Shown here: piece after piece, positions 53,301 through 58,574 of the stretch
Position numbering within the stretch: position 1 is the first letter of the stretch
How the letters are laid out: each line of letters opens with the position of its first letter
Notes under the pieces: model-generated
The model's database searches: none
Seen by the model: the letters and a program-made list of their open reading frames with translations, nothing else
Told to the model about the DNA's origin: nothing
NCBI GenBank assembly: GCA_021432655.1
Contig: MU271358.1
Coordinates: 1-58,574, forward strand
Length of the DNA: 58,574 nt
Source: Atractiella rhizophila
Lineage: Eukaryota
Reading direction: 5' to 3'
Position numbers and translations under genes: made by a program

Positions 53301-55325
53301 ATCAACCACGCAACATCAATACACGATTACCAGTCATAGCAGATTGAAGAATGACTTACCATCTCATCAGCCAAAATTCCGTTCAAGTTATTGTTGAACA
53401 AACTGATCATCCATTGTAAACCCTTCACTTGATATTCCTTCAGCTCCCCTCCTACCAGCAAGCGACTCTGCTTGGTGACGACCTCCTTAATGCGATGGGC
53501 GACATTATAATAATCGAGCTTCCCCCTTTCTTCCTCCTCAAACACCGCGCGCGCGCCAAAGGCACTTTCGTCGACGGCATCTCCTTCCGCCGCCAAAGGA
53601 CCAGTTACGATCTGACCGGCTGCAGCCTGTTTCTTCATGACGCTTTGAGCCAACCCTTCAAGGTATTGATCGGTCTGTTTGACAAGGTGAGTGAGACGTG
53701 TATCCTTCGCACTGTCAATAAGCCTCAGATAAGCCTCCTCGTCGTCATTCTTCAACGCCTTCAGTCGCTCCTTGCTCAATCTCTCCAACCTCTTCTGCTC
53801 CTCTCTCTCCGCCTCAACATGAAACTTCAACACGGCTCGTCCCAATTTCCCAGCCCGTGTACGGCGCATGGAGTGCGCGGAGAGGAGGGAAAGGCGATGA
53901 GCGGTTACCTGGGACAGTTGAGAGGAGTGGGCCGCCTTCGAACGCGCCGTTCGCTCCTGCTTTTGCTTCTTCTCCACCTCCAGCAAGGCTTTGGAGTCGC
54001 GCAAAGTCGGCTTCTTGTACCTCCTGAACGCCGTCCGATCCTCCACCAAACTCAGACCAGCCGCTGGCGTGTAAGATTGCATGACTCGTTGACGAAGAGT
54101 GCGTTGGAGTGTGAGGAGTGAGATCGCCTTGGATTCGATGAGGAGTTTCGTTTTTAGCTCCTCGTAGTAAGGCGCGTCGGGCAGATTGGCTGATATCTCG
54201 CTGAGCTCACGAAGGCGGATTGCGGTTTTGAGAGACGCAAGATGTTCCGAGGCTTGGATGAGAGAGTACGGGTCGAGACCGGAGGGAAGGAGGGAAGGTA
54301 TGACTTTGCGTTCGGTGAGAGCGAGTATGGAGAAGTCGAGGTCGACCTCGTCCGTCGACGCGAACGGGTTTGCGATGTCAGTGTACGGGTACGTGGGGGT
54401 GTCGATGAACTCGATTTCCGCCTCGTCCGGCTCCTTTCGCTCCTGCTTTGGTAGCTGGGGCTGACTCTGTGCAGGGGCAGTTGGCAGAGACGGAGCCTGT
54501 CCGAGAGGCTGCGAGGCTGGCGGCGCTTGAGAAGGCACTTTCCCCACGATCCCAACACTCATCCGTCCGTGTCCCTCCTCCAGCTGCCTCTTTAGCTCGC
54601 CCCATTCCTTACTGCTTGGTCCATCTCCTGCACCCGCCACCCCAGTGGCACCAACACCAACTCCTCCAGCGGTCATAGGAGAGAGATTAGTGCCTTGAAT
54701 TGCCTGTTGCAACTCCGGAGAGATGGGTTGGCCTGACGCGAGCGCCTGATACGCGGTCACCTGTGCTTTGAGGCGGGCTACCGATTGTGCGGGAAGCAAA
54801 GGAGGGGAAGGGGATGGATTGACAGTCCCATTGGTCGCGTTTGCGGAGGCTGGTGCAGGTGGTTGAGCGGAAGGAGTCGCCTGATGCTGAGGCGCGGACT
54901 GCTGAGACAGTTGATCGGCTGCCATGCGTGGTGAGATAGTATTTGGAGGGAAGAGAACACACGCACTCTTTGCCCTAGTGAAATAGCCCAATATCGTTCT
55001 CCATACGGTCGCTTCGGTTGTATGGAGTTGATTGTTCTGTTTGAGATGCTGGACTTTCTAATGTCGTCCACACAACGGCATGTAAGAAGCTCGTCCAAAC
55101 CCAAACGCTAACCGCTCAAACCCAGACAATGAAGGAACGACGTACACTCAAGACGTGCGCAACAGGCAGCGTCCTCGTCTCCTTCGAGGCGAAGACGGTG
55201 ACCGTCCCCCTGACCACATCAACGCTGAAGGGCGGTATGTGGTTCCCGAGGTTAATCACGTTCGGCTGCCCCTGCGCTGGCCCTTGCAATCCGCCTGCCC
55301 CTGGAAGTGAAGACACCGCTTGCAT
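50334..55325 (-). CDS. SNF2: Snf2/Sth1 (Brahma-type) chromatin-remodelling ATPase
   Basis: QLQ-like ([11 protein letters not shown]), [80 protein letters not shown]-terminal bromodomain. Confidence 0.95.
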
Positions 55326-56065
55326 CCTCGATTCTGGGATTTGAATTTGAGTTCTGGCTACCAAGAACGAATTCAAGTTGATAGTTTCGAACTAGACTTT
55401 TGTTAGGTCGACTCACGTGTTGATGAATTTATATATTCATTCGCTGTGACTAAACCTGAGGCAACACTAGTGATGGATGAGACATAATATCGTAGACTCT
55501 CCATTATAAAAGAACAGGAAGACTTGGGAATCAACTGGTTATTATGACAAGAGGCCAAAAAGTTAACTGTGGCATGACGGATCCAAAGTTCGAAAAGTGG
55601 CGAGCAAGTTGGCGATGTCTCCATGAAGGAACCATGTGGTTTAAGGATGAGGATGAGATTATCAACGGATACGATGAAACCGTCCAGCAAATGATTCCAA
55701 ACTCTTACTTCTTAAGCTCCTATTTTGCGAGCCGCCTCGAATCGGCCATAGTTGACCCAGGGAACGAGAACGAACAGCTCTGTCCACTTGGAGAGCGACG
55801 AGCGATAGGAAGTCTGCACAGACGTCCCAGCTGAGCAGCTGATTTCCCAAAACAATCGAGTGTTCCCTCGCTATCCGAAAAATTGAGTATCAGCTCGAGA
55901 TCGGCTCTTGTTCTTGAGCTGGCACGATGCAAACTCACGCTACATCACAATATTTATGGAATAATTTATGGCTGCGCTGCTCACAGGGAGTGTGCCATAC
56001 GCCTCTAGGGATGTCATTGGAATTGATGTCTCCAGTGAGTCCAACAAGTGGATCAAAAACAAAAC

Positions 56066-56157
56066 CGTCGAGAGCAGGGTTTGAACCTGCGCGTTTTACA
56101 ACACTTGATCTCAAAATTATTCAAGTCAAGCTCCTTAGACCACTCGGACATCTCGAC
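56066..56157 (-). tRNA. tRNA-Ser(UGA) with ~10-nt intron
   Basis: GTCGAGA/TCTCGAC acceptor stem with discriminator G; D-arm TGTCCGAGTGGTCTAAGGAG; CTTGA-CTTGAA-[TAATTTTGAG]-A-TCAAG; long variable arm; GCAGGTTCAAACCCTGC; T-run terminator. Confidence 0.92.
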
Positions 56158-56366
56158 AGGACTATTGCTTTAATCTAGCCATAAACATAAAAAGTCTTTT
56201 AGGAGTTTTCTATGGTTCCAAGTGAGAACGCCTTCGTGCTCCATACTCAAAGTTTTAAGTAAAGTAAGCCTGCACTCCCTGCTTTACACTACCTTCACAG
56301 CTCTGCCAACGTCAAGTCGTGATACAACTATTATAGGACATTAACACATCGTCGTTCTCTTCATCA

Positions 56367-58488
56367 ATGCGTTCCGGCATGTCGCGACGCAAGTACCTGC
56401 TCTTCGGAGCCCTTGCTCTCTTTTCAGGCCTTTCCTCATCATTTTACCTTCTCGACATACGGACGACACCTTCATTACCCTCTGTCAGCTCAGCCCAATA
56501 GTACATCGCTGAAAAATGGCAGCATTTCGCAACTTTTCCTTATTCTGCCATGCAGCGGCCGTTCCAGCTTTCCAACTATCTCTCAAACGCAACAGATGGA
56601 CCAAGCGAGCTTTCCTTCCGTTGTGAGTTATCACCTCTATTCCACGATCTAATTGATTCTATACTGAAACATTCTTGCAGCAAAACTCCTACCGGATCTG
56701 CGGTACGCGACCACTTTCTATGTGGCAGGATTCAACAACCAATTCATCTCCCTGTTCAACTTCCTCGACCTCCTCTTCCTCCTCCGCTCTTCTCCATACC
56801 CTACGAACTACGTTCCAATTCTCCCTCCCTTCCACCCAGCACACATCGACACTTCAGAGTCTCTAGAATTCCTCCCTGTCTCTACAGTCTTCGACATAAA
56901 GCGATATGAGAGGGAAACAGGAATGCCTCTCCTCGAGTGGGGGGACGTCAAGACCCTACGTGGAAGATCGAAGGGAAGGGAATATGAGCCGTTAGGTTGT
57001 TGGAGCAGTTGGGCTGCGAGCTTTGCACATCGAGAACCGGGAGATCGCATCTCGGAAGGTACAACTTCCTGAGGACGGCGACGATGGAGCATCTGTCCCT
57101 CGATTTGCAGTACACTCAGCTCCCCGACACGGTCGTCAGCCCCATCTCGAAATGGCCACGCCCGACGCACCTCGCATTTCTTGCGGACTGGCTTTCACCG
57201 GCCATCGATGAGGGGAATAACGTCGTGTCCGACTACCTCCACAATCCCAGAGACCTGCAAGCTGCGAAGGTTGCCAGTGCGTATAATCAGACCNNNNNNN
57301 NNNNNNNNNNNNNNNNNNNNNNNNNNNNNNNNNNNNNNNNNNNNNNNNNNNNNNNNNNNNNNNNNNNNNNNNNNNNNNNNNNNNNNNNNNNNNNNNNNNN
57401 NNNNNNNNNNNNNNNNNNNNNNNNNNNNNNNNNNNNNNNNNNNNNNNNNNNNNNNNNNNNNNNNNNNNNNNNNNNNNNNNNNNNNNNNNNNNNNNNNNNN
57501 NNNNNNNNNNNNNNNNNNNNNNNNNNNNNNNNNNNNNNNNNNNNNNNNNNNNNNNNNNNNNNNNNNNNNNNNNNNNNNNNNNNNNNNNNNNNNNNNNNNN
57601 NNNNNNNNNNNNNNNNNNNNNNNNNNNNNNNNNNNNNNNNNNNNNNNNNNNNNNNNNNNNNNNNNNNNNNNNNNNNNNNNNNNNNNNNNNNNNNNNNNNN
57701 NNNNNNNNNNNNNNNNNNCAGGCGCCTTCCTCGGTGCAGGACGCTTCCTTTACTGGTCCGAACCTGTGTTGACACGTACAGCAACCGCCCTCCTAGCGAT
57801 CCTCGACCTTCCTTCTGGCTCAGGTACCCTCCCACCCGTAAGTGTCTGATCCTTTGCACCATCGTTGGCGCTCATACAGTAACGTGGGACTAGTACATTG
57901 CAATGCACATCCGCCGCACCGATTTTCTCCCTCGTTGCCACGGCAAACCATGCTTTACAGTCGAATCTTTTGCGCGACATCTAAACGGTCTGATTGAGGC
58001 TGAGCCTACACTCGAAGGGCTGCCTGTTGTCGTCACGACGGATGAATCCGACGAGGAGTATGTTGTTCTCTTGGTGATAAGCTTGGCCTACTAACATGGT
58101 AACAGATATCATAAAGAAATTGCATTGCAGGGATGGAAGCTCCTCAACCACCAAACGCTCCAGACGGAAGAGGTTTACGGCCCGTGGTACGTGTACTTAC
58201 GCTGAACAGGAGCTACCCTGCATTCTGACGACCGTGAAAGGTGGCCAACGCTTATCGATTCTTGTCTCCTATCTTCCGGCAAGGCCCTGGTAGGAACAGC
58301 AGGCAGCACGAGTTGGTGTTCCTTCTTCCCCGCTTCCGTTGACGACTTATCTGCTCCCCAGTGACAGGCATGGCGGGCTTGAGGTTGAAAGTGTGGAATG
58401 GAGGAAAGACCGTCGCTGTCGGGTACGTCTCTCTTCACTGTCCTTCAAAAGGCATGCTTTCTGACCTTTGTTTAGGCCGTTCGACTAG
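56367..58488 (+). CDS. O-fucosyltransferase-like glycosyltransferase (interrupted by assembly gap)
   Basis: AGFNNQFISLFN, LPVSTVFD...GMPLLEWGDVK, YIAMHIRRTDF..C..CF, VVVTTDESD, GW..LNH, LVGTAGST motifs. Start approximate. Confidence 0.7.
57294..57718. other. Assembly gap (N run)
   Basis: 425 Ns. Confidence 1.
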
Positions 58489-58574
58489 ACCTTTGTGAAC
58501 AATGCACATCTGATCAAGGCAGTTCTTTCTTTTGGGTTTTTGGTGTTTGATGTGCTTTGCATCCTGTGCTTTGT

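Noticed and set aside
55544..55834. 96-aa ORF between SNF2 and the tRNA
   Set aside because: No family motif, transposon hallmark or splice support could be identified.

Overview
Intron-rich fungal genomic DNA (short GT-AG introns, mostly 45-70 nt; gene content suggests a basidiomycete). From about 14 kb onward it is mostly core genes: RBM18-like RRM, Trf4/Cid14 poly(A) polymerase, homeodomain TF, two-LIM protein, sulfotransferase-like P-loop protein, Nse4, DUF3752/GPALPP1, GPI-type CE4 deacetylase, acylphosphatase, proline dehydrogenase, Bdf1, GDPD/Pgc1-like, Snf2/Sth1, tRNA-Ser(UGA) and an O-fucosyltransferase-like gene. The first 14 kb is accessory. It begins with a secreted loosenin-like DPBB protein fused to a CBM5/12 chitin-binding module. 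Next is a tandem array of three intact six-exon genes for stand-alone RNase III-domain proteins that lack a dsRBD. All three have lost both catalytic glutamates (NGGLARLGD in place of NERLEFLGD; DLVKAIIG in place of DxxEAxIG, the equivalent of the E. coli E117K cleavage-dead mutation), and all carry fast-evolving Q-rich or prion-like tails. They alternate with decayed F-box-like relics. Three near-identical tandem duplications (1.9, 0.46 and 1.0 kb) may be real or assembly artefacts. All gene models were spliced by eye and no database search was run.
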